Assembly (NCBI GenBank): GCA_965198945.1
Contig: CBDAQI010000005.1
Coordinates: 1-64,000, forward strand
Source: Thermodesulfobacteriota bacterium
GTDB taxonomy: Bacteria; Desulfobacterota_D; UBA1144; Nemesobacterales; Mycalebacteriaceae
Reading direction: 5' to 3'
DNA: 64,000 nt
The notes under the pieces were generated by a model. The model had not been told where the DNA came from, searched no databases, and was given only the letters and a program-made list of their open reading frames with translations. Shown in pieces: positions 21,475-31,202 of this stretch (positions are counted from its first letter, which is position 1; each line of letters starts with the position of its first letter). The position numbers and the translations under genes are program-made.

Positions 21475-22701
21475 GTGAGCAGAACCGCAGACCGCAAGAA
21501 ACCCTCCGGAACCGTGCGCCCGAAAAACGGAAAAGCCGGCATATATCCCAAACCTCTCGGCAAAAAAGACAAACAACGGCTGGAGAAACTCTACCGGGAC
21601 CTGACTGAAGCGCGGCAAACACACGCCGGCTACCCCTGCAATATGACTTTTGACTACTCGGAACTGAACAGGTTTTTGGAATTTTCCATCAACAACGTCG
21701 GCGACCCCTTCGGCGGCACTAACTTCAGGGTGAACACACACGAAATAGAGCGCGAAATGGTGGGGTTCTTTGCGAAAATCACACAAGCGCCCGAAGACAA
21801 CTGGTGGGGATATCTAACCGGCGGCGGAACCGAGGGAAACATGTATGGCCTGTATATTGCGAGGGAGCTGATGGGAGCGGATGCCACGGTCTATTTCTCG
21901 GAAGACACGCACTACAGTGTTTCCAAAATAATGAGAATGCTCAATATGAGATACATAATGATAAGAGCTTCTCAAAACGGCGAGATTGATTATGAAGACT
22001 TAAGAGAAACCATACGGATTCACAGAGACCGCCCGGCGATTATAATGGCAAACGCCGGCACCACAATGACCGGAGCAGTTGACGACATCGGGAAAATCCG
22101 CTCAACCCTCTCCGAATTCGCCATAACAAATTCCTATATACACTGCGACGCCGCTCTGCACGGAATGATACTGCCGTTTGTAAAAAATCCCCCGCCCTTC
22201 GGTTTTCCGACCGGGATAGACAGCATTGCGGTTAGCGGACACAAAATGATAGGAAACCCTTTTCCGTGCGGTGTTGTCATTGCAAAAAAAGACAAAGTCA
22301 ACACAATCGCGCGCAGCATTGAGTATGTCGGAGCGCTTGACACGACCATAGCGGGCTCAAGAAACGCTTTTGCTCCGCTTACGATGTGGTATGCGGTTAA
22401 ACGATACGGCGCGGGGGGGCTCAGAAAACTGGTAGGAGACTCAATTGCGCGGGCGGAGTTTGCGGTAGGTGAGTTCCGGGAAAACGGTGTGGAGGCATGG
22501 AGGAATAAAAACTCACCGATTGTTGTTTTTCCACGGCCGTCGGAAAAAACGGCAATAAAATGGCAGCTTGCGTCAAAAGAAGACATATCACACATAGTTA
22601 CTCTGACGCATCTGGGCGGGGGAAAAATCAAAACTCTTGTAAAAGAAGTGGCCGGTGACCTTAAAATAAAAAACAAAAAAACGGAGTCTGGGCAAAAATG
22701 A
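21475..22701 (+). CDS. Group II PLP-dependent decarboxylase, histidine/serine decarboxylase family
   Basis: GYP..FDY..FSINNVGDPF, GGTEGNMYG, THYSV, HCDAAL, SGHK (PLP lysine), GSRN. Confidence 0.9.
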   Translation: MSRTADRKKPSGTVRPKNGKAGIYPKPLGKKDKQRLEKLYRDLTEARQTHAGYPCNMTFDYSELNRFLEFSINNVGDPFGGTNFRVNTHEIEREMVGFFAKITQAPEDNWWGYLTGGGTEGNMYGLYIARELMGADATVYFSEDTHYSVSKIMRMLNMRYIMIRASQNGEIDYEDLRETIRIHRDRPAIIMANAGTTMTGAVDDIGKIRSTLSEFAITNSYIHCDAALHGMILPFVKNPPPFGFPTGIDSIAVSGHKMIGNPFPCGVVIAKKDKVNTIARSIEYVGALDTTIAGSRNAFAPLTMWYAVKRYGAGGLRKLVGDSIARAEFAVGEFRENGVEAWRNKNSPIVVFPRPSEKTAIKWQLASKEDISHIVTLTHLGGGKIKTLVKEVAGDLKIKNKKTESGQK

Positions 22702-23090
22702 AACAGATAGTTGTGGTAACCGGCAACAGAATAGGAGCGATAGCGGACATAAGCCGCATTCTGTCTGAAAAAGGCATTAACATTGAGCGGCTTGACACAA
22801 GCGGGTCAAAATCGCACGGAGCAGTGATTTTGAAAACCGACAATTACGACAAAGCGCTCAAAGCGTTGAACGATTCGGGTTTGAAAGCCGTGTCGGAAGA
22901 CGCCCTGGTTTTGAGACTGGAGAACAAGCCCGGTTCGCTCGCAAAAATTTCGGGAAAACTCAAAGACGCCGGAATTAATATCCGCAGTATGCACATCATC
23001 CAAAAGGGAGAGGAGCACTCGCTTGTGGCAATAGCCACGGAAGAAAACAACCGTGTGCGCGGGCTGTTGGAAGATGTGTTGATTGGATAA
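22698..23090 (+). CDS. Tandem ACT-domain protein
   Basis: NRIGAIADISRILSEKGINI and ENKPGSLAKISGKLKDAGINI; ATGA overlap with the decarboxylase. Confidence 0.85.
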   Translation: MKQIVVVTGNRIGAIADISRILSEKGINIERLDTSGSKSHGAVILKTDNYDKALKALNDSGLKAVSEDALVLRLENKPGSLAKISGKLKDAGINIRSMHIIQKGEEHSLVAIATEENNRVRGLLEDVLIG

Positions 23091-23189
23091 AGGTGAAGGA
23101 GAATTATATTTCTAACTTGACAAAATCCGGTGAAAAAACAGATTGCAAGAAAATGAAAGAAACGAATAGAAGCATGAAACAAAAGAACA

Positions 23190-23771
23190 AAATTAAACGA
23201 TATAGAATCGCTTATTTTTGAACTGTGAGGGCATAAAGTCATTTTGGATAGGGATATGGCTACTATTTATGGGGTGGAAACAAAAAGAATTAATGAAGCC
23301 GTACAAAGAAATAGGGATAAATTTCCTCCGGGATATATTCTTGATTTAGCACAAAAAGAGTGGCAATTTTTGAGATCACAGAATGTAACTTCAAAAGACC
23401 ATCAGGGACGGCAATCTTTGAAGTCGCAAAATGCGACTTCAAAGGGAGGCAAGGTAAAGCCTCCCAAAGCCTTTACCGAAAAGGGCTTATACATGCTGGC
23501 AACTATCCTTAAATCAAAGCAGGCCACAAAGGCCACTTTACAAATTATTGAAATATTTGCAAAAATACGAGAGTTTAGCCGTGTGGCAAAATCACTGGCG
23601 ACAGAAAAAGATAAAGCCGAACAGAAAAACCTCATCAGAAAAAGCGGAGAACTGATAAGTGATATTCTCAATCAGGAATTTGCCGGCGATACCAGCAGCG
23701 AGACCACCATTGAATTAAACTTGGCGATGATTAAAATCAAGCACACCATTAAAAAAGAAAAGAAAAAATGA
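23190..23771 (+). pseudogene. ORF6N/KilA-N DNA-binding protein with a damaged 5' end
   Basis: In frame IESLIFEL*GHKVILDRDMATIYGVETKRINEAVQRN...AFTEKGLYMLATILKS. A TGA at 23226 replaces the usual Arg and upstream ATGs are out of frame. It could still restart at 23244 or 23256. Confidence 0.75.
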
Positions 23772-24850
23772 AAATACAACTAAAAGAAATCACTGTCCGA
23801 GAACTTGCTGAAGGTTATGAAGACAAACAGGAAAGCGGCGTAGTGGCTTACGGCGGCAAACTGGACATTCGCCCGCCTTATCAAAGAGAATTTATCTATA
23901 AAGATAAGCAACGAAATGCGGTGATTGATACGATCGCTAAGGATTTTCCTTTGAATGTAATGTATTGGGCGGTTAGAGAAGATGGGAATTTTGAAATTAT
24001 TGACGGGCAACAGCGTACCATTTCCATTTGCCAATATGTGAAAGGAGAATTTTCTTTTGAAGGTCTCTTTTTTCACAACTTGCAAAATGACGAGCAAGAA
24101 CAGATTTTGAATTACAAGCTGATGATTTACCAATGCAACGGCACCGACAGCGAAAAATTGGAATGGTTCAAAACCATCAACATAGCGGGCGAAAAACTAA
24201 CCGACCAGGAATTAAAAAATGCGGTTTATTCGGGTTTATGGGTAACCGATGCCAAGCGCTATTTCAGCAAAAACGGATGTGCGGCTTATGGAATGGGAAG
24301 CGATTATTTAACTGGCTCGCCCATTCGTCAGGACTATCTGGAAACCGCTATCAAATGGATTAGCAAAGACGAGATAGAAAATTATATGGGCACACACCAA
24401 CACGAGCCAAATGCCAATGAACTATGGCTTTATTTTCAGGCTGTCATCAATTGGGTGCAGGCGGTGTTTCCAAACTATCGTAAAGAAATGAAAGGTATTC
24501 AGTGGGGCTTTCTTTACAAGCAGTTTAAAGACCAAAAATTTGACTCTAAAAAATTGGAAGAAGAAATTGCCAAACTAATGGAAGACGAAGACGTAACTGC
24601 TAAAAAAGGCATTTATGAATATCTCTTAACCAGCAAAGAAAAACATCTGAATATCCGTGCCTTCAGTCCAAATCAGAAACGGGAAGCCTACGAAAGACAA
24701 AAGGGAATTTGTGCAAAGTGTGGAGAAAGATTTGAATTAAACGAAATGGAAGCCGACCATATTACCCCATGGCATGAGGGCGGAAAAACGGTTGCGGAAA
24801 ACTGCCAAATGCTTTGCAAAGACGATAACAGAACAAAATCGGGAAAATAA
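23768..24850 (+). CDS. DUF262 (GmrS/ParB-like) + C-terminal HNH endonuclease
   Basis: PPYQREFIY, IIDGQQR, F..IN..G..L, C-terminal CAKC...EADHITPW..GG.T..NCQMLC..DNR.K. Confidence 0.88.
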   Translation: MKIQLKEITVRELAEGYEDKQESGVVAYGGKLDIRPPYQREFIYKDKQRNAVIDTIAKDFPLNVMYWAVREDGNFEIIDGQQRTISICQYVKGEFSFEGLFFHNLQNDEQEQILNYKLMIYQCNGTDSEKLEWFKTINIAGEKLTDQELKNAVYSGLWVTDAKRYFSKNGCAAYGMGSDYLTGSPIRQDYLETAIKWISKDEIENYMGTHQHEPNANELWLYFQAVINWVQAVFPNYRKEMKGIQWGFLYKQFKDQKFDSKKLEEEIAKLMEDEDVTAKKGIYEYLLTSKEKHLNIRAFSPNQKREAYERQKGICAKCGERFELNEMEADHITPWHEGGKTVAENCQMLCKDDNRTKSGK

Positions 24851-24875
24851 AAAGATGACTTAATTTGACGTCTGC

Positions 24876-25118
24876 TTAAGAGTCATCCCTGACCGAATCC
24901 AAATAAAGCGTATCGGGGCATATATCCTGTTCATTGGGCCAGACAACAGTTCCGTCCAGAACAGTCGCTCTTTTGAAATACTCTTTATTCCGCAATTCCT
25001 TAAAAACTCCGAAATCAAGCAAATCCGAACAGTCATATAAACCCTGCTCTCCATTATCAAAGGTGAGTTTCAGTTTGTAATCTTCTGTTGGGGCAACTTC
25101 TTTTACTCTTGGATTCAT
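24876..25118 (-). CDS. DUF2442 family antitoxin-like protein
   Basis: V..V.P..DYKLKLTFDNGE, GVF.EL, GTVVWPNEQDICPDTLY. Confidence 0.8.
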   Translation of the reverse strand: MNPRVKEVAPTEDYKLKLTFDNGEQGLYDCSDLLDFGVFKELRNKEYFKRATVLDGTVVWPNEQDICPDTLYLDSVRDDS

Positions 25119-25121
25119 AAT

Positions 25122-25163
25122 TCACCTTAAAGGATCAATCTTAAAAGGGTGTTGCCCCGACAC
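25122..25163 (-). pseudogene. 3' remnant of a DUF4160-type partner gene
   Basis: Reads VSGQHPFKIDPLR* immediately upstream of the DUF2442 gene. This matches the C-terminus I recall for DUF4160 proteins; the rest of the gene is absent. Confidence 0.6.
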
Positions 25164-25182
25164 GGAAAAAAGTTTCGTTTGC

Positions 25183-26431
25183 CTACCCCTTCCTCGTCTC
25201 CTGCTGATTTTTCAATCCAACTTTCGGAGCCTGTACAAGAACCGACATTTTCCCCGAATGTTTGTTTTCATACATATTCTGGTGCGCAAGCGGAATGTCT
25301 TTGTATTCAAAAACTTCCGACATCACGGGGTTTATAATCCCCCTGTGAATAAGAGCATTTGCCCTTATGCACTCAAGGGCGTTTGCAAAATGCGAGCCGA
25401 GAATTTTTTTCTGGTGCATCCACAGATAGCGCACATCAAACATGCAGTCATAACCCGTTGTTCCTGCGCAGATTACAATCCGCCCGAAACGGTTGCAGAC
25501 AAAAACGCTTGTCGGGAAGGTTCCCTCTCCGGGATGCTCAAAAACAACATTGGGATTTTTCCTCTCTCCCATAATCTCCCAAATTGCTTTGCCGAATTTC
25601 TTTGTGTCGTCCAGCCGCTCTTTTTTGCGCTCCGGGCTTTCGTCTTTTGAATACATCAGTTTCGGAAAATCCCTGCGGTTTATGGTTCCCTTCGCGCCAA
25701 GCTCCATGCACATCTTCGCCTTGTCTTCGGAAGAAACCACCGCTATGCAGTCCGCCCCCATCATTTTGCAGATCTGAATTGCGAAAACCCCGAGGCCTCC
25801 CGCGCCGCCCCAGATAAGAGCAAGCTCTCCGGGCTCAATTTTGCACTGGGAAACAAGCATCCTGTAAGCCGTGAAATAACACAAACCATATGAAGCCGCC
25901 GCCTCCCATGTCAAATGAGCAGGTTTTGAAAGAACCTGCTGCGCCTGCACGCAGGTAAACTGCGCGAAAGAACCGTTTGGAGGTCTCATATCCCCAAATC
26001 TGGTCTCCGGCGCTCACCATCGGGTCATATGTTATAAAATCACCCGCGGTTTGAGTGCGGTTTCCGTGAGACGGGTCTTCCACATTGCAATGAATGATAA
26101 CCTCATCGCCCGGCTTCCAGCTTTTCACATTTGAGCCGACCGCCCAGACGATTCCCGCCGCATCGCTGCCGGCAATGTGAAAATCCTGTTTGTGAATATC
26201 AAGCACGGAAATCGGCTCTCCGAGGCCCGCCCAGACCCCGTTGAAGTTGACGCCCGCAGCCATAACAAGCACAAGAACCTCGTCCGGCCCCGGCACGGGA
26301 ACGGGAACCTCTTCCTCCTGAAAGGATTTCATCGGCTCTCCGTGCCGCTCTTTGCGGATTACCCACGCTTTCATTTTCTCCGGCATTTCGCCGATTTCGG
26401 GAAGCCTCCCGATTTCAAATGTTTTTGGCAT
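25183..26431 (-). CDS. ccr: Crotonyl-CoA carboxylase/reductase; one frameshift near 25985
   Basis: VMAAGVNFNGVWA, HIAGSDAAG, IWGYET/PNGSFAQF, LIWGGAGGLG, VFEHPG, ICAGTTGY, YLWMHQK..GSHFAN. Confidence 0.9.
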
Positions 26432-26496
26432 ATTGTTCTCCTCCTGAAATAATAGTGTGTCTTTCTCTTAAAATTTCCTTCCATAGTTAACATTGC

Positions 26497-27501
26497 TCAC
26501 GGTATGAACAAACCCGTTTTTTTAATTATCTCCTCAATATTTTCATTTGCATACTCATTAGCCCCTGCGGTTCCGTTCCGGAGAATATCTCTCACATCAT
26601 CCGGTCTTTTTTCAAATTCCGCCCTTTTCTCTCTGAACGGCTCCAGAACCGCGTTTATCGCCTTTGCAAGTTTCTTTTTCACCTCAACATCGCCGACCGC
26701 CCCCTTGCGGTAACGTTCTTTCAAATCATCAACCTCGGCCTTATCGGGATTGAAAGCGTCGTGATACTCAAAAACCGGATTTCCCTCAACCGTGCCCGGA
26801 ATATCCGCCCTTATGCGTTTGGGATCTGTAAACATACCACCGACCTTTTTGTTCACCTCTTTTTCCGAATCGGAAAGATAGATGCAGTTGTTCAGGCTTT
26901 TACTCATTTTTCGTCCGCCATCGGTTCCCGTAAGGCGCGAAACCTTGCTGATTACAGGCTCCGGCTCATCAAAAGTTTCTCCGTAAAGCGAATTGAATCT
27001 TCGCGCAAGCTCACGAGTGAGCTCTATGTGGCTGAGCTGGTCTTCGCCGACGGGAACCTTTGTCGCCTTGAAAATCAGTATGTCCGAAGCCATAAGCACG
27101 GGATATCCGAGAAGCCCGACAGAATAAGCCTCTCCGACACCCATGTCCTGGATTTTCTCTTTGAGGGTGGGAATCCTGGCGCAGCGCGGAACCGAGCAGA
27201 GCATTGAAAGAATGACCGAAAGCCGCGATATGGCGGAAATCTGTGACTGAATGTAAAAAAATGATTTCTCCGGATCCATACCCACCGAAAGCCAGTCGGT
27301 TACCATCTCAATGGTGTTTTTCTCCACCTCGCGCGTCTTGTCAAAATGCGTGGTGAGCATATGCAGGTCTGCGACGAGAAAGAAACACTGATACTTTTCC
27401 TGAAACTTCAGACGGCTCTCAAGTGAGCCGACCAAGATGTCCGAGATGCAACCTGCCCGTCGGCCGGTCGCCGGTCATAAGTATGGGGTTTTGTCAGCCA
27501 T
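26497..27501 (-). CDS. trpS: Tryptophanyl-tRNA synthetase; frameshifts in the first ~70 nt
   Basis: 5' fragments read [14 protein letters not shown] (HIGH motif); the main ORF has [22 protein letters not shown]. Confidence 0.93.
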
Positions 27502-27593
27502 TTTGAAGGTCATTATGCTACTCGGACGCAGGCAAAACCGCAAAACCGCACGAGTGATTTTCAGTTATAATCACGCTTCCGGAGAAGCCGAAG

Positions 27594-29305
27594 GTGTCTG
27601 AACAGAAGAAATCCAAAGTAGAAACAATCAAAGAAAGCAGCAACTACCTGCGCGGAACCATCAGCGAAACACTTGCGGGCGATGACTCGCATTTTTCCAA
27701 TGAGGACTACCAGCTCCTCAAGTTTCACGGCATATACCAGCAGGACGATCGCGACCTGCGCCAGCGGCTTAAAAAAGAGGGAAAAGAACGCAAGTATATG
27801 TTCATGGTTCGCACCAAAAACCCCGGAGGGGGAGAACTTTCACCCCGGCAGTGGGAGGCGCTTTGCGAAGCGTCCGACCGGTATGCGGACGGAACACTGA
27901 GAATCACAACACGGCAGACCATACAGTTTCATGGAATCGGGAAAAAGAATCTGAAAAGCACGATGATGCACCTGAATGAAAATTTTGTTCCGACAAACGG
28001 CGCGTGCGGCGATGTGAACAGAAACACAATGTCAGGTCCCGTTTCGGATATAACCGGCACGGACGCATTTAATGCGCAGAAACTCGCGCGAGAAATATCA
28101 GAGAACCTCTCATTCAAAACAAGCGCCTACTACGATGTATGGATGGACGGGGAGATGCTGACAAAAGAAGAGGGGGGGGGGAACGAAGATGTTGAACCTC
28201 TTTACGGCAAATCTTATCTGCCGCGTAAGTTCAAAATCGGCATAGCCGAAGAGCATGACAATTCAGTTGATGTTCACACAAATGACATAGGCATAGTTCC
28301 CGTAATAAACGGAGAACTCAAAGGTTTTAACGTCCTTGTGGGAGGCGGTCTCGGCAGCCATCACAAACAGAAGCAGACTTTTCCCCGTCTCGCCGACCCG
28401 CTCGGCTTTGTCAGTGAAGACAGAATCCATACAACGCTCAAAGCCATACTTGAATTTCAGAGAGACAACGGAGACAGAGTCAACCGCAAGCATGCGAGGA
28501 TGAAATACGTGGTTGAGGAATGGGGAATTGACAAAGTGCGCGCTGAGATTGAAAAGAGGGTCGGATTCAATCTCGCGCCGGTTACTGATTTCTCTCTCCG
28601 CCAGCCGGAAAATCACCTTGGGTGGCACATGCAGAACAGCCCCGGACTTATGTATGTCGGAATATTTGTGGAAAATGGCAGGATTAAAGACACGGAGTTG
28701 AGCAAGGAGAAAACCTGCATAAGGGAGATTGTAAAAGAGTTCGGTCTGGGAGTCCGGCTGACCGCGCTTCAGAACATAATTCTCTCAAACATCCGAGAAG
28801 AAAATGTTGCGGAAATCAAAGAACGTCTGAAAAAAAGCGGTGGTAAGGACAGAGGATGAACACTCAAAACTGCGTCTCAACTCAATGGCATGTCCGGCTC
28901 TGCCGACTTGCGGACTTGCGCTCGCCGAAGCCGAGAGGTATATGCCGTCTCTGATTTCGGAACTGGAACGGATGGGATACGGCCGACGAGAGAATCAAAA
29001 TCAGAATGAGCGGGTGCCCGAATTCATGCTCGCGCCCGCCGGTTGCGGAGATAGGGATTATCGGAGCATCTCCCGGTAAATACAATATCTATCTGGGCGG
29101 GAACTTTGAGGGGACACGGCTGAACACGCTCTATGAGGAAATGGTTCCCGATGAAGAACTTGCAGACAGAATAGCGGGCTTCATAGATTTCTACAGAAAA
29201 AGCGGTGAGAGCGGCGAGGCGTTCGGGGACTTCTGCGACAGAGTGGGTTTTGAGAAAATACGAAAAGCAACGCGCCCGGAGGGAGTCGAACCCCCAACCT
29301 CCTGA
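27594..29305 (+). CDS. Sirohaem sulfite (or nitrite) reductase hemoprotein, CysI/Sir-like; two single-base frameshifts (~28841, ~28984)
   Basis: [61 protein letters not shown] across three consecutive ORFs. Confidence 0.88.
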
Positions 29306-29344
29306 TCCGTAGTCAGACGCTCTGTCCAGTTGAGCTACGGGCGC
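29271..29344 (-). tRNA. tRNA-Arg(ACG), CCA not encoded
   Basis: gcgcccgtagctcaactggacagagcg-tctgactACGgatcagg-aggttgggggttcgactccctccgggcgcg folds as a cloverleaf. Confidence 0.93.
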
Positions 29345-29437
29345 TTTGTGGAAGGGCTATTGTAACAGATATAAGCGAGTATGGAAAAAACAATCCGCAT
29401 ACCGGCGCGGGTAATTCATTAACGGAGGTAGGCTGAT

Positions 29438-30052
29438 ATGGAAAAACTTGAAACGCTGCTTGACCGCGAGATTGACCTGTTTTTGTCCGAGGCGCGAGAG
29501 CTTACTGAAGTAAAAGCGCTTGTTTCGGGAAATTTGAGTAAATCTCAGTATAAGAAACTGCTGAGACTTTTCTGTTTTGTAGAGCAGATCAGCCACAGGG
29601 CGGTCAACACTGCGGCAATTTACGCGGGTGAAACCGGAGATGCCTACCTTGCGGGGCGGCTGGGCTCCTGCGCGGCGGGAGAGCTTGGACATGCGGAGTT
29701 GGCGCTTGAGGATTTGAGAGACCTCGGTGAAAAAAACGCAAAAATTCCGAAGGCGGAGAAGTGGGAAAGTGAACTGCTGAAAAAAGCGCGTGAGTTTCCG
29801 CCCGCGATTATAGGGCATTCATATCTGTTTGAAGGCGCGAGCGGGATTTTATTTCAGGATGCGGTTGTTCCGGAGAAAATGCCTGAGCGGTTTGTCGTTG
29901 TTCACGCAAAGGAAGACCCGGCGCACGCGCGGGCTATTAAGCGCACAATCAGGATTATGGAGAAGGAATTGAACGAAAAACAGTCTGAAGAGATTGTAAA
30001 ATTTGCCCGGAAAAGCGGGGAAAGGTTGATGAAAGTGTTTGAAGAAATGTGA
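29438..30052 (+). CDS. Haem-oxygenase-like (PqqC/CADD-fold) putative di-iron enzyme
   Basis: All-helical 204 aa with GELGHAELALEDL, YLFE and HAKEDPAH ligand-like motifs; GGAGG RBS. Confidence 0.65.
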   Translation: MEKLETLLDREIDLFLSEARELTEVKALVSGNLSKSQYKKLLRLFCFVEQISHRAVNTAAIYAGETGDAYLAGRLGSCAAGELGHAELALEDLRDLGEKNAKIPKAEKWESELLKKAREFPPAIIGHSYLFEGASGILFQDAVVPEKMPERFVVVHAKEDPAHARAIKRTIRIMEKELNEKQSEEIVKFARKSGERLMKVFEEM

Positions 30053-30156
30053 GAGATTCTACTATCTGAAACTTCAAATTTTTTTAAACGATTTTACAAT
30101 CTTCATTACATTTTTCTACATTTGCTCCCGATTCGTCCTGTTATTGCAGAGTTTTC

Positions 30157-30226
30157 CGTCATTGCCGCGAAAGCTTGTCCTCATGAAAGCATGTCCCCGT
30201 GAAAACGGGGACGGGCGTGAATCCGG
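30157..30226. repeat. Nested CGTC-type REP-like palindromes
   Basis: cgtcattgccgcgaaagc-ttgtcctcatgaaagc-atgtccccgtgaaaacggggac-gggcgtgaatccgg; the inner perfect hairpin gtccccgt-gaaa-acggggac is at 30193-30212. Confidence 0.65.
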
Positions 30227-30380
30227 ATAAACACCCATTTTTCACTCTTCAACTGCTTTTCCAATTCGCTTTACCTTTATTTCCGACTGTCAAGTTTATT
30301 CCTTTTCTCGTCTTGAATCCGTGTATAATTGCAATTGTAGACTGCAAAGGTCAAGTTCAATTAATTTATGGAGGATTAAA

Positions 30381-30749
30381 ATGTCTGAACTCAAACCGCT
30401 TGATATTAAAGTGCCCATCTTTGAACAAATCAAGACTGAAGAGGCGCCCGTTGTGCTTGTTAACATTTTTAATGTTGACGAGAAAGATATTCCCGCTCTC
30501 ATGAAAGCATGGGAAGATGATGCAAACTGGATGAAGAAACAGCCGGGTTACATTTCCACCCAACTGCATCGCGGTATCGCCGGCAGCACGGTCTTTATGA
30601 ATTATGCCGTTTGGGAATCTGTTGAGCATTTTCGCAACGCTTTCGCCAACTCTGAATTTCAGGAAAAAATAAAATCATATCCTTCGTCCGCAATAACTCA
30701 GCCTCATTTGTTTACAAAACTGTCAGTGCCCAATTTGTGCACAAAATAG
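30381..30749 (+). CDS. Antibiotic-biosynthesis monooxygenase (ABM) family protein
   Basis: PVVLVNIF, MKKQPGYISTQLHRG, NYAVWESVEHF; GGAGG RBS before the ATG at 30381. Confidence 0.85.
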   Translation: MSELKPLDIKVPIFEQIKTEEAPVVLVNIFNVDEKDIPALMKAWEDDANWMKKQPGYISTQLHRGIAGSTVFMNYAVWESVEHFRNAFANSEFQEKIKSYPSSAITQPHLFTKLSVPNLCTK

Positions 30750-30788
30750 TCAAACAAGATATCCAAGCCGGTCCGAAAAATGAACAAG

Positions 30789-30896
30789 ATTGTGTTTCAA
30801 GACGCAGTTTTTCGGAACTATGGAAAAGAAAAAACCGGAGAAATTGTTAAATTCTTCCGCAAAATCTTGGAAAAATGAATGAAAGTGTTTGTGGAA
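30789..30896 (+). repeat. Second, internally deleted copy of the 3' part of the HO-like gene
   Basis: IVFQDAVF matches ILFQDAVV (29846). EKTGEIVKFFRKILEK*MKVFVE matches KQSEEIVKFARKSGERLMKVFEE. Confidence 0.8.
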
Positions 30897-30901
30897 CCGG
30901 T

Positions 30902-30931
30902 TTGACAATATACCAATTTATGGGATATTGT
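30902..30931 (+). promoter_or_regulatory. TA promoter/operator: TTGACA plus an 11-bp inverted repeat
   Basis: ttgaca at 30902; acaatatacca-attta-tgggatattgt (1 mismatch) ends just before the toxin ATG. Confidence 0.65.
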
Positions 30932-30932
30932 A

Positions 30933-31202
30933 ATGAAGAAATGGAATATTCATCTAACAAGGAACGCCCGCAAACAGTTAGTAAATTTACCGAAAAAAAT
31001 TCAAGGGCTGGCGGACGATGCAATGGAAGATTTGACACGGCAGGGCGTCAACTTAAAAGGTTGGGATGTTCGGAAAACCGGCGATGATGAGTATCGCCTC
31101 CGCCTGAATTATCGCTACAGAATGCGTTACAGATTTATAAGAGAGAAGATTGTGGCTATTGAAGTATTTTATGTGGGACATCGCAAGGACACTTACAGAT
31201 GA
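30933..31202 (+). CDS. RelE/HigB-like toxin
   Basis: Basic 89-aa ORF: W.I.LT..ARKQL..LP, EYRLRL..RYRMRY, IEVFYVGHRKD.Y. Confidence 0.8.
   Translation: MKKWNIHLTRNARKQLVNLPKKIQGLADDAMEDLTRQGVNLKGWDVRKTGDDEYRLRLNYRYRMRYRFIREKIVAIEVFYVGHRKDTYR

Noticed and set aside
23226..23228. In-frame TGA in the ORF6N gene as selenocysteine or an alternative genetic code
   Set aside because: The position is normally Arg (CGA to TGA), TGA is a normal stop throughout the window, and the upstream frame is also broken.
24854..24887. Hairpin gatgact...agtcatc between convergent genes as an integron attC
   Set aside because: No RYYYAAC/GTTRRRY ends and no intI gene; at most a weak terminator.
1..29305. Frameshifts in recG, topA, ccr, trpS and the sirohaem reductase as pseudogenisation or programmed recoding
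   Set aside because: Those examined are single-base indels, cluster at 0.6-2 kb and 26-29 kb, and hit normally essential genes whose motifs are intact. Assembly error is more likely; reads are needed to confirm.
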